Positions 63,814-64,000 of a DNA stretch of 64,000 bases are shown here, in pieces. Location of the stretch: positions 1,440,001-1,504,000 of the forward strand of contig OZ252239.1 of the NCBI GenBank assembly GCA_965249485.1, given 5' to 3'. Each line of letters begins with the position of its first letter. Position 1 is the stretch's first letter. The position numbers and the translations under genes are program-made. The notes below the pieces were generated by a model. That model saw only the letters and a list, made by a program, of their open reading frames with translations. It had not been told where the DNA came from and did no database searches. Source of the stretch: a bacterium. Its GTDB lineage: Bacteria > SM23-31.

Positions 63814-64000
63814 TTAAATGCCAAATTCCTTAAGCAGTTTATCCGCTAATGCCGTTGCTATATTTTGCTGGTCATAAAATCCATCGGCAATTTTATCGTC
63901 ACGAACATCGGATGTACCTCGAACTGCTTTTGTAGCGGCAGCCTGAAAAGAAGATGAATCCTGCAGTTTTCTAGCTTCAGAAGAAATTTCTACTTTGTCG
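63814..64000 (-). CDS. flgM: Anti-sigma28 factor FlgM, 5'-truncated by the window edge
   Basis: Not in the ORF track. Manual translation DKVEISSEARKLQ...DVRDDKIADGFY...ALADKLLKEFGI* matches the FlgM D.V.IS, VR..K, G.Y and A.KLL motifs. Confidence 0.75.
   Translation of the reverse strand, partial: DKVEISSEARKLQDSSSFQAAATKAVRGTSDVRDDKIADGFYDQQNIATALADKLLKEFGI

Noticed and set aside
1..64000. Genome-wide stop-codon reassignment (TAG or TGA read as sense)
   Set aside because: Many intact genes end at their expected C-termini with TAG (2984, cysE, plsY, 35101, 44602, 58460) or TGA (ilvB, gpsA, asnS, acyP), so both are normal stops.
1..64000. Numerous 60-200 aa ORFs antisense to or overlapping the called genes (e.g. 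306..731, 7690..8289, 16288..16728, 39469..39921, 49510..49950)
   Set aside because: They are shadow frames of well-supported genes and have no recognisable motifs.

Overview
Chromosomal window from a Gram-negative bacterium. A NYPNPFNP-type FlgD-Ig/T9SS-like C-terminal domain, exported peptidases, multiheme cytochromes and flgM/cheX suggest a flagellated FCB-superphylum organism, for example KSB1- or Calditrichota-like; this is inference only. In order, the window holds: the 3' part of a very large repeat-rich surface protein and a small membrane-anchored protein; a regulator with a degenerate HD-GYP-like protein; ilvB; a block of exported peptidases (HEXXH lipoprotein, S9, two DUF885, M28, a degenerate M14) plus a TPR protein; an aminotransferase-cysK-cysE-rhodanese-MFS run; an amino-acid symporter flanked by a duplicated acs 3' end; acs; a transketolase-like gene; a desaturase; a housekeeping run (acyl-CoA ligase, DUF4416-purM fusion, plsY, gpsA, asnS, acyP, apt, dtd); cheX; a heteromeric RND pump; two thioredoxins; hisS; and the end of flgM. 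The most notable locus is 54.3-61.0 kb, a candidate porin-cytochrome extracellular electron-transfer conduit. It comprises a tetraheme cytochrome, a lipoprotein multiheme cytochrome, a beta-barrel and a 14-heme cytochrome mostly hidden by frameshifts. It is divergent from a NapH/YccM-like 4Fe-4S membrane protein and a hemerythrin, with sigma54-type motifs facing both ways. About ten frameshifts, in-frame stops or point lesions occur, and I cannot tell sequencing error from real decay without reads. I recognised no rRNA, tRNA, CRISPR array or transposase.
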